Source: Trichoplax adhaerens | Lineage: Eukaryota; Animalia; Placozoa | Direction of reading: 5' to 3' | Assembly: GCF_000150275.1 (NCBI RefSeq) | Contig: NW_002060953.1 | Location: 2,097,429-2,161,428, forward strand | Length of the DNA: 64,000 nt | Part shown: piece by piece, positions 12,780 to 22,900 of the stretch | Layout: each line of letters starts with the position of its first letter | Position numbering within the stretch: the stretch's first letter is position 1 | Notes under the pieces: generated by a model | Database searches by the model: none | What the model was told of the DNA's origin: nothing | The model's input: only the letters and a program-made list of their open reading frames with translations | Program-made: the position numbers and the translations under genes

Positions 12780-15410
12780 AAATTTTTTTATATAGCTTTT
12801 GTACGCATCTTGAGATACGATTTTAATGGCTATATAAATAGCTGCAGCGAGCAGAATTTTTAAATAGAAGCATTTCGCTAGATTTTTTTCTCTACAGCTT
12901 TTGCTGTAAATAAAATATTTTAAATATTTTCACAAAAAATATTGATAATACGTTGCCTTGAACAGAATGTAGTGAAGGATATAATTATTCATGGTTCAGC
13001 ATGAACGCCCAGCTAGTAATTTAAGTAAAATTCTGACCACTGTAATCTTAATAAGCTGAAAGACTACAATCACGAATCTTGTCTATTAAATATGCATAAC
13101 CTTTAGCACTATGTTAGTCTTTGTTCAGACTAATGGAATTTTTTCTTAAGCTGATTTCTTTCATTAGTAGTAATCAATTGTAATCTTAACAGTTCAATGA
13201 AAAATTTCTGCGACAAGGTGAGAATCAAGTAGTTAGAAACGTTGGCAAAGTCCTTGAAAAATCCCGAAGAACGAGCTCGATCAAAATTCTCAAACGCTGT
13301 TATTACTCATGAAATGTTCAGTCGAAAGCTTAATTGATTTCTGTATCAATATTCAATACAGCTTTACCAATACATTAAACCAGGTATGGATAGATTGATT
13401 TATTTTAAAATACTCATTGATCCATTGCGAGAATGATAGCATATACGCATCTTCCGCATAGAGTGCGATGATGTTGATATCCTCAGATTGTTTATGATAT
13501 GCTTACTGAATGTTTGCTGTAACTGATAAATAATTTTATGCATTTCTCTGTTGATAGCTATTACCCTGTTGTACACTATAATATCGAGATTATCGTAGAA
13601 ACATTTATGTTAGGATAATTTTGTTGATTTACCCTTGTGCAAAGAGTTTCTAATATAGATATGTGATATTTAAATATAGCACTAGCTTTTATAGTGATAT
13701 ATATAGCCTACTGAAATTAGTAGTTTAATTAGGAGATCGAGAATAATCTACTTATAATTCTAATCACTATGATTGTAATTTACTTATGGTATATTGTAGA
13801 TTATCGTAGAAATGTTCCGTGATAGGACATATTGTAATCTAATAATTTTGCATTAGTCATTCAATGTCTATGTTCGTAAATACTGTTGTCTGCATTAGGC
13901 AGCAGTAGATAAAATTAGCTTTTGATTCATTATCAGGTTTCAACTTTAATATTATTAACTAGGATGTCTTTGCTATTGTAAAAGAGTATATAAATGCGAT
14001 AAATCGTATAATAAAGTGAGTTTTTATGATTAGTGTTTAATGTAAGATACGAGTCGTCAAAGTCTTTTTGTAGTCTACTAGTATAGGAAAAGAGTTCCTG
14101 AAAGAGTAGATACTGCTCTCTGATACTTGGTCTAGGGAATCGACTGATTGATCGCGCATTACGTTATCTTGTTGCAAAGCTGTCTAGTAACAATTGCGTA
14201 TTTGATAACGTCGACAAGATTCAATTTTATTCTTGATGAGCGATATATTAGATTTCAGAATTACTTGTCTGTTACTTAATTGAAAGGATACCGCTGATTT
14301 TTGTTTACCACCGTAGTAAATTTATAATTCTCGAGTATTAGCTATATAATTGTAAATTATGCGAAGCCGGAGCGTGACATATAGCTTATACTTTTACAAA
14401 TTTATTGGTCTTCATTCGCTTATTGATTTTTAATGATTATAATGGATTAGCTTAAAATAATATCTTTCTTTTTTATAATGGTAATTGATAAAGCTAAAAC
14501 GATCTAATTAGATCTTTGTAAACCAATTTTAATCTCACTTATTTTAATGATTTATAAATTGCTTTAAAATAAAAATGATACGTGAATGCAAGCGTTAAAT
14601 TGATTGTACAGCAGTAGCAACCATATAACGTAGCTCTCTATCTTCTTGTACTCTAATAATTATAATTTGATGATTAATTAACTGTATAATTTACGTCTAT
14701 TCAATGTTTAACTCAATAGACATGGAAGAATAGCTAAATAGCACTACCGTTATGTATGCCTGTGTAGTAAAGAGGTGTTAGGTATATGCAATACAGTGCA
14801 TAAAGTCTAATTAAATAGCTAATCTCTACCTTTACTCTAACCATTCTGAATTAAAAATGAATCATCCTAATAGATGGAAAAAATATTACGCTTTATTGTA
14901 TCAATACCATTTTACTACATATATTTGGTCTAGTTGGAATAAAAAGATCTTCTTTCCTGATTTTCAATGTTTACATTTTTCACTCCGATTTTTAACTTCT
15001 AGTTCCAATCTTAAAAGTTTAGAAATAGTCCATCGCATTCGTAAATGTACTATAATATTGCCCCAAATAGATACGAATCAAATTGCTTAAATGTCTTACT
15101 TTTCTATTAATGCCTAACACCGTAAGATGTTGGTCTTCTTCACAAATACAGTCTGATAAGGTACATGAATATTGTACCATCGTTAACTGGCTAATATTAG
15201 TTATCAATAATTTTCTAATATAGTAATTAGCAATCATCTAATAGCAGTATTACGATCACAATATTTATTCTTAGAAGTCTAACTGTACCCAATCAGGTTA
15301 TCAATACAGTCAAGTATAGGATGCAGCACTAGAATTACTGCGGTATCTATTCACCTACTAACAGGCAATTGGGCCCGAATGCAATTAACATATATTCTTT
15401 TATACGTTGT

Positions 15411-15630
15411 CTAAGTGCGATCGAAGCATACAGTCCCAATGCTATAGGTCAATAGACTTTCTAAAACTGTGGAGGCTCTCAATAATCAATTGAACTGTAA
15501 TAGGGAGTAACTCTTTTCCAATTAGTGTCTCTTGATTTGCCTGTAATTAATTCAATACTATTTGGACTTTTATTAACGAAAATAATATATAATTTATTTG
15601 TTTACTTATTACCTTAATTAGTATCACTAT
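15411..15630 (-). pseudogene. Frameshifted copy of the 72-aa ORF
   Basis: Same peptide (ILIKVISKQINYIIF..PNSIELI..ELLPITVQLII..LTYSIGTVCFDRT*) with two +1 insertions (~15513-15517 T-run and ~15455) and loss of the ATG. Confidence 0.55.
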
Positions 15631-16177
15631 TTAAACATCTTTCTACTTTCGTCAAACTTCCGCATTCTCTCTCTTTGCTATCATGTTATGGGCTTGAGTA
15701 TATACTGCATGGTATTTATGACAAACTTTAGTTTTCGCTTGCTCATAATAATGGCGCAATGTAAATAGAGGATAAAAGTACTGGACCTATTTCATTCCTC
15801 TCATATAATGTAAAAACTATAGCCTGGCGGAATATTTACTGATAGCCACCATCACAACATGCTCATTCAGAATAAATTGCTACGAAAATTAAGCTCCAAC
15901 AATTACGTAAAATATCGACTATTATATTAAGCTTAAACCGAACATATGAAATTTAGTATAATAAAAATAAATGAATATTAATTGTCAAGTGAAAGACCTA
16001 TAAGAAAGGGCGAAAACGTGATTGGATGCATATCGAAAAAAAACGCCTGGAAATTAGGTAAAGATTGGCTCATCCTTCTGGATTCATCCATACAGCCTAA
16101 CGGGACTGATCAATTTATCGACTATTTTGGTCATTGCTTCTTTGCTGCTTGCATATGCGCATCGCTAATCGTTTTGC

Positions 16178-18655
16178 ATGATGCACTCCAATATTTTCAA
16201 AAACCGTCCCAAATCAACGGATGTTCTTAACGCCGTATTTCAATCTAGTCGTAGCAATGAATTTCTTTCTTTTATCTTCTACTTTCTGAAGCACTTATTG
16301 AAGGTAACTGGGTTGTGTCCTTTTAAAAACAGCTTAAAAAATAATCAATCTCGTCTCATTTTTTATAATCACATAGCTCGATTGCTATGGTGCCAATCGA
16401 GAGCAGTATCTATTGCTTATACTGGCCAACCAAAACTAAAAGTGTGCTATAAATGCTTACCGCTAAAAGAACTATTCCTTATAGATGAATTTCCTTCACC
16501 CGAAGATATTATACAATATAGACTATGTGTTGGTTATGATTTAAACGAAAAACAAACTTGTGCGTATGGTTGCAAGAGGATAGAATTTGACAATTTAGCA
16601 CTAATTTATCACAAAATTCCAGATAAATTGAGTTATTATACATCTTTTTCACATTATTTAGCTGGCGATACTGAAAAAAATCATAAATATATTAAAGTCT
16701 TAAATCGCTATTATAAGTTATATAAACTTTCATGGCTTGAAATAAATCGTTCAGAACATAGCGACAAGTCATCTAAAGACACTTTCATTCAACGAGCTCT
16801 ACCAATTACACCGAAAGTGGTCGAAAAAGTACTCCGTAACGTTGGTAAGCATCTTAGGCAGCATAGAAAATATCATTTGAAATATCAGAATAACTTAACT
16901 TCTAATGATGATGCTTCTAATGTTACTACTGCAAATGTCGGCGCTTCTAAGGATATTACTGAAAGTTTTAAAAATATCAAAGACATTTTTCAAAATAAAT
17001 TTCCTATCACCCCCTTCGAACTGTTTATTGATAATATGGAATTCTATTTGAGATATGTTGAAAGTCAATTTTCGAATAGAGAAGACAACAAGGATTACTG
17101 GATTTGGGCAAGTATTGTACACTTAATCTATGCATTTCGTCATATTGCTGAAGTATCTTATTTTAATGTATTAAATGGCATACCAAAATTGGGACAACTT
17201 GAAAATTTTAAAATAATTAGCAAAAATGCAATTGCCGATTACATTAATACATTTCTTAATCGCAGTGATGAAAATAGCCTTTTAAGCTATGAAACTTCCT
17301 TAAAAATGTGTTTATATCATGTCGTCTCTCGATATTTTTATGATGCCTTTGAAGGTTTCATTCAACAGATCACACAAGAGTATCTCGATTGTAATATATT
17401 TGACATTTTTCAAAAAGAGAGTACATCGCAATGCTTTAAAGACGTCAATCAACATTATCCTAAAGTTCCCGTATTCGTCGATTTGATTAAACTATTCACC
17501 TTTGACATAGAACCTATTTACTTCGTAGAGGACGAGAAATCTCAAATTTTATTTGATGTTTATGAAAGATGTCAGAGATGGATTTTAGACAGTTATAATT
17601 TCATTTCTTATTGTCGTTTAAGCCCTCGAGCAAGTGGATATTTATCGGTTATATCCTTTGAAATTCTTAGTAATCCCGATGATTTACATGCGGAAATGCA
17701 ATTAATTGATTATGAAAGTTCCGATCCACCGAAACGAATAGCAGGAAGCTATCTCCATTGCCCTATGTGCTATCTTGCAATTTGGGCTAAAAACAAGGCC
17801 CCTTCGCTTAGTACAGGGTATAGCTATAAGTCTGATGTTATCTTGAATTCAGGTTGCATAGGTTATTTCTTTAAGAACTGGAACTGGCCAAAATCATTTC
17901 TAAATGATGGTTTGTTAGTTTTTCTCTTTTTAGGAAAGAATGCCTTTGATTTATTACTTGATCAACAACGCAAAGATGAAAACGAAATAAACCATTTATT
18001 GGTCAACAATATTAGGTATAAGTTTATCGATATTTTATTGTATTTGTTAACTAGTCCACATTCAACTATTACGACTTTTCGAAAGCATTGGTCCAGAATT
18101 AAACGACTGATTCTAGTTAAACCGAAGAATTCCTGGGATCCGAAAAGTTTTTATTATCATGGTATCTTATCTGAATTTAATACGGTAGACCAGTACACTG
18201 AAGAACGATTTGCAAAACCGCATTTAAATCGAACGTTAGAAAGCCGTTCAGTATTGCAACTTGGTGATGAAGGATTTTATGCGCCCTTATATCACGCGTT
18301 GATGAAGCAATGTAAAGGACCTACATTACAAGTACAATACTCTAGCTATACCGACTATTCCAATCAAACCCCTACACTCTATGATGATGATCAGAATGAT
18401 GATGATATTGGTCAAAGCTTAGCAGAGTTAAATGTAAATGAATACCAACAAGTAGCCACGGCAAATGACGTATTTAATGTAGACTTTTTATTGCGGAAAG
18501 CAGAAGATTGTACTACATTTAGCAGTAATTATTCCATTCCGCACCAATACATAATCAGTTTAGCCAAGGTTGGTACGACTACAAAACATAATAACAGCTT
18601 TACATTAAAATTTTTCCGTGATGCAAAATTAATCGATGAAGTTAACCAACGTTAA
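16178..18655 (+). CDS. Orphan intronless 825-aa Cys/Tyr/Phe-rich protein, copy B
   Basis: Uninterrupted 2.5-kb ORF with a strongly conserved paralog (e.g. RIAGSYLHCPMCYLAIW, DYWIWASIVHLIYAFRHIAEVSYFNVLNGIPKLGQLEN). No family recognised. An out-of-frame coding-like extension upstream (15982-16177) suggests the ancestral start was further 5'. Confidence 0.85.
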   Translation: MMHSNIFKNRPKSTDVLNAVFQSSRSNEFLSFIFYFLKHLLKVTGLCPFKNSLKNNQSRLIFYNHIARLLWCQSRAVSIAYTGQPKLKVCYKCLPLKELFLIDEFPSPEDIIQYRLCVGYDLNEKQTCAYGCKRIEFDNLALIYHKIPDKLSYYTSFSHYLAGDTEKNHKYIKVLNRYYKLYKLSWLEINRSEHSDKSSKDTFIQRALPITPKVVEKVLRNVGKHLRQHRKYHLKYQNNLTSNDDASNVTTANVGASKDITESFKNIKDIFQNKFPITPFELFIDNMEFYLRYVESQFSNREDNKDYWIWASIVHLIYAFRHIAEVSYFNVLNGIPKLGQLENFKIISKNAIADYINTFLNRSDENSLLSYETSLKMCLYHVVSRYFYDAFEGFIQQITQEYLDCNIFDIFQKESTSQCFKDVNQHYPKVPVFVDLIKLFTFDIEPIYFVEDEKSQILFDVYERCQRWILDSYNFISYCRLSPRASGYLSVISFEILSNPDDLHAEMQLIDYESSDPPKRIAGSYLHCPMCYLAIWAKNKAPSLSTGYSYKSDVILNSGCIGYFFKNWNWPKSFLNDGLLVFLFLGKNAFDLLLDQQRKDENEINHLLVNNIRYKFIDILLYLLTSPHSTITTFRKHWSRIKRLILVKPKNSWDPKSFYYHGILSEFNTVDQYTEERFAKPHLNRTLESRSVLQLGDEGFYAPLYHALMKQCKGPTLQVQYSSYTDYSNQTPTLYDDDQNDDDIGQSLAELNVNEYQQVATANDVFNVDFLLRKAEDCTTFSSNYSIPHQYIISLAKVGTTTKHNNSFTLKFFRDAKLIDEVNQR

Positions 18656-19367
18656 AATTTATTGTATAGTTTTTTGTATGCATCTTGAGATATGATATTA
18701 ATGGCAATATAAATAGCCGCAGCGAACAAATTTTAAAGTGGAAGCTCGCTTGACGTTGTATTCTCTGTAATTTTTTCAGTAAATAAAAAAATTTTAAACA
18801 TTTTACAAAACGTACTGGTAATACCTTGTTATTAAGTAGAATGTTGAGAAGGATATAATTATTCATTGCTCAGTATGGATACCCAGCTAGTTATTCAAAT
18901 ATAATTCTGAGTACTGTAATCTTAATAACCTATAAGACTGCAATTATGAATCTTGTCTACTAAAATATACGTAAGCTTTAGCACAATGTCAGTAATCAAA
19001 AGTAATCACTTATAGTCTAACCAGTTCATAGGAAAATTTCTACGTACGATTAGTTTTTGCTTAAGAGCATCATTTGCGACATAGTGAGAATCAAGTAGTT
19101 AGAAATGTTAATAAAGAGCTTGAAAAAAACCGAATAATGAGCTCGATCAGAATTCTCAACACAGTTATTACACAGTTTTAGCAATACATTAATCTAGGCA
19201 CGGATAGATTGATTTATTTTAAAATACTTATTGATCTATCGCGAAAATGATCACATATATGCGTCTTCCGCATAGAGTGCGATGAAATTGATATCCTAAG
19301 ATTGTTTACAATATGCTTACTGAATGTTTGCTGTAACTGACAAATAATTTTTAAATTTATAAATAAA

Positions 19368-19881
19368 TTACATCAAAAGTGCCTCTTCATGTTTGCCTTG
19401 TTCAGCATACGCTGCTCCCACGTTGTTATACGATGTAGCCACTTCGAGATGATCTTGACCAAACGCTGATAATTGAATGTTCAGCGCTTTATCATGCAAA
19501 GAAACAGCCTCTTGATATTTGCCTTGATGGATGTAGACAACCGCTAAATTGACATAAGAGCGGGCAATATCTGGATGATCATGATCCAAGAACGATAATC
19601 GAATTTGAAGAGCTTCTTCATGCATGGAAATAGCTTCTGAATGCTTGCCCATGTCATCATAAATATTGGCAATGTTGCTAAAGGTGTCGATGATATCAGG
19701 ATGATTACGATCAAGGACAGCCAATTGAATGGAACGTGCTTTCTCAAGTAAAGTAATGGCGTCTTTAAATTTACCCTGAAATAAGTATGCGGTTCCTATG
19801 TTGTCATAGGATGCAGCAGTATCAATATTATTTTCACCTAAAACTGACAGTCGAATTTTGAGTGAATCCTCATACAAGGAT
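19368..19881 (-). pseudogene. Partial near-identical copy of ~4 TPR units of the adjacent TPR gene
   Basis: 19369-19881 matches 23389-23901 (offset 4020) with under ten substitutions. Confidence 0.92.
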
Positions 19882-19919
19882 TGTTCGGTGAATAAGCATT
19901 TCCTATATTAATGTATGAC

Positions 19920-22900
19920 TTAGCTACTTTTGAGTGACTCTAGTCCTTGAACGAGAGTTAAATGTAAAATCTCCGTAGACTTATCAAACATAAGATTAGC
20001 TTCTTCAAACTTGCCTTGTTCGCTGTAGACCCCTCCTATCTTGTCGTATAATCTTGCGATTTCGGGATGACTTTCACCAAGAACTGAGGATTGAATTTTG
20101 ATCGACTTCTCGTACATACAAATAGCCTCTTCATGCTTTTTTTGCTGCTTGTAGATAGTTCCCATTTTGTTATATAATGCTGCAACATCAGGATGATTAT
20201 CTCCAAGGACCACCAGTTGAATCGATAGCGAATTCTTAAACATCGATAAAGCCTCTTCCTGTTTACCCCAGTCATAATAGACATTGCCCATGTTTTGGTA
20301 AGATGCAATAACATCAGTATGATGGTGATCTAGAATTGATAATCTTATTTTGAGCGACTTTTCATAGACAGAAATAGCCTCCTTATGTTTGCCTTGCTTG
20401 CTGTAAATAGCTCCTAAGTTATCATAAGATGTTGCAATGTCGGGATGATTATGGTCAAGGACCAATAGTTTCATTTTAAGAGATTTCTGATGCATGCCAA
20501 AGGCTTCTTCATTCTTGTTCTGCCTAGCGTAGATAATTCCAATATTGTTATATAACTTGGCAATATTAGGATGATTGTCTTGATGAACGGATAACTCAAT
20601 TTTGAGCGACTTTTCGTACAAAGTAAGAGCCTCTTCATACTTGTTTTGATCACAATATACCCCTCCTAGATTGCAATAGAGTTTGGCAACATTGGGATGA
20701 TTGTGGCCTACTTTGATCAACTGAATTTTGAGCGATTTCTCATACATCGTGATAGCCTTTTCATGTTGACTTTGTTGATGATAAATATTTCCCAAGTTGT
20801 TATAAGATGCAGCAATATCAGGATGATTGCTATCAAAGGCTGCCTGTTGAATTTCAAGTGACTTTTCATACATCGAAATTGCTTTCTCGTGTTGACCTTG
20901 TTGCCTATAGGCAGCTCCAATGTTGTTATACGCTCTGGCGATATCGGGATGATTGCTACCAAGAATAGATAAATCAATTTTGAGTGATTTCTCATACATA
21001 GCAATCGCTTCTTCGTACATACCTTGATGGAAATACGAAATACCTATGTTGTTATAGGTTGCGGAAGTATCGGAGTGATTATTGCCATAGATGGATAATT
21101 GAACTTTAAGCGATTTCTCATACGTAGATATAGCTTCTGTATGTTTGCCTTGATGCCTATAGATACTTGCAATATCGTTGTGTAGTTTAGCAACATCTGG
21201 ATGATGATGGCCAACGACTAAAAATTGAATTTTCAGTGCCTTCTCATAGACCGAAATGGCTTCGTCATACTTACTCAAGTGGAAATAGATCATTCCCATA
21301 TTAGAGTATGCTATTGCAACATCGATATGATTATCATCAAGGGTCGTTAATCGAATTTTCAGCGATTTTTTAAAGAAAGTAAGGGCCTTTTCGTATTCAG
21401 CTTGATTAATATACACAGCCCCGATATTATTATATAATTTAACTATATGGGGATGATGATGATCTAAAAGAGATGATCGAATTTTAAGCGATTTCTGATA
21501 TACCGATAGGGCATCTTCGCACTTGTTCTGACGATAGTAAATGTTTCCTAAGTTATGATAAGATGCTGCAACTTCGAGGTGATTGTGTCCGTAGATTGAC
21601 AAGCGAATTTTCAGCGATTTATCATGCATGATAATTGCTTCTTGTAGCTTATCGAGATCGAAATATGCATTGCCCATGTTGTTATAGGAGGTTGCAATAT
21701 CAGGATGGCTATTACCAAGAGCTGGTAGTTGAATTTTTAAAGCTTTCTCGTACTTATCAATAGCTTCTTGAAACTTACCTTGATTCATGTAGACCATGGC
21801 TATGCCGTTATAGCATGTAGCAACATCGACATGATTGTGACCTAAAACTGCAACTTTCACTTCGAGTGATTTGGTATGCATAGAAAGAGCTTCTTCATAC
21901 TGGCCTTGATTATTATAAACATTTCCCATGTTGTTATATATCGTTGCAACAAGAGGATGATTATGGCCGGCTGCTGATACTTGAATTTTGAGTGATTTCT
22001 CGTAAATAGAAATAGCCTCTACATGCTTGCCCTGTTCAGCATAAACGATGCCCATGTTGTTATAGGATAAAATAAGATCAGGATGGTCATTATCGAGGAT
22101 TGATAGCTTGATTTTGAGTGATTTCTCAAACATAGCCTCAGCTTCTTGATACAAATTTTGATCAAGATAGAGTGTTCCCATGCTGTTATATAAATTAGCG
22201 ATATCACCATGATTTTCACCGAAAATAGATCGAGCAATAGTGATGGATTTTTCATAAATGGACTGAGCTTCTTTATGTTTTCCCTGCATCCCAAGCATAA
22301 TTCCCATGTTGTTATATAATTTAGCGATATCAGGGTGATTTTCACCAAAGATTGATAATAGAATTTTAAGCGCTTTCTCATGCATCGATGCGGTCTCATC
22401 ATATTTACCTTGACAGTAATAAGCGTTTCCTAAATTGCAGTAAGATCTTGCGACATCCGGATGATTGGGGTCAAAGATTGAAATTCGAATTTGTAGTGAT
22501 TTCTCATACATAGAAATAGCCTCATCATATTCACCTTGACTTTGATAAGTCTGTCCTAGGTTATTATAGGTTGCAGCAACATCAGGATGATTATAACCAA
22601 GGGTTGACAATTGAATTTTGAGCGAATCTTGATACATAGAAATGGATTTTTCATACTTGGCCTGATCATAGTATACATCTCCTATGTGGTGATAGGATGC
22701 AGCAATATCAGGATGATTGTGATCAAGCGATGCCAATTGAATTTGAAGTGATTTTTTATAGAAACCAATAGCTTCATCATGCTTCTCCAACTGAGAATAC
22801 GTATTTCCTAACCCTTCATAGGCCATAACAGCACTGGGGTGGTCATCACCAAAGTGAGATGTGGCAATATTTCGTGATTTCTCAAAGCTGCTAATAGCTT

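Larger units (their letters stand above)
7051..13537. repeat. Segmental duplication, copy A of the orphan cassette
   Basis: 7051-7500 aligns with 14587-15020, 8500-9030 with 15170-15690, and 9845-13537 with 15785-19351. Copy A has extra sequence at ~7500-8480 and ~9030-9840. Confidence 0.9.
14587..19351. repeat. Segmental duplication, copy B of the orphan cassette
   Basis: Collinear with 7051-13537. Homology stops just before the TPR fragment at 19368. Confidence 0.9.

Noticed and set aside
13386-13526. Genetic code 4 or selenocysteine reading of the shared in-frame TGA
   Set aside because: The neighbouring 825-aa ORF has no internal TGA despite many Trp codons, and copy A has an adjacent TAG. 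A shared ancestral nonsense mutation is simpler.
18642-18866. 74-aa minus-strand ORF convergent on orphan copy B
   Set aside because: The copy-A equivalent has multiple frameshifts and stops with only weak synonymous bias, so coding status is unsupported.
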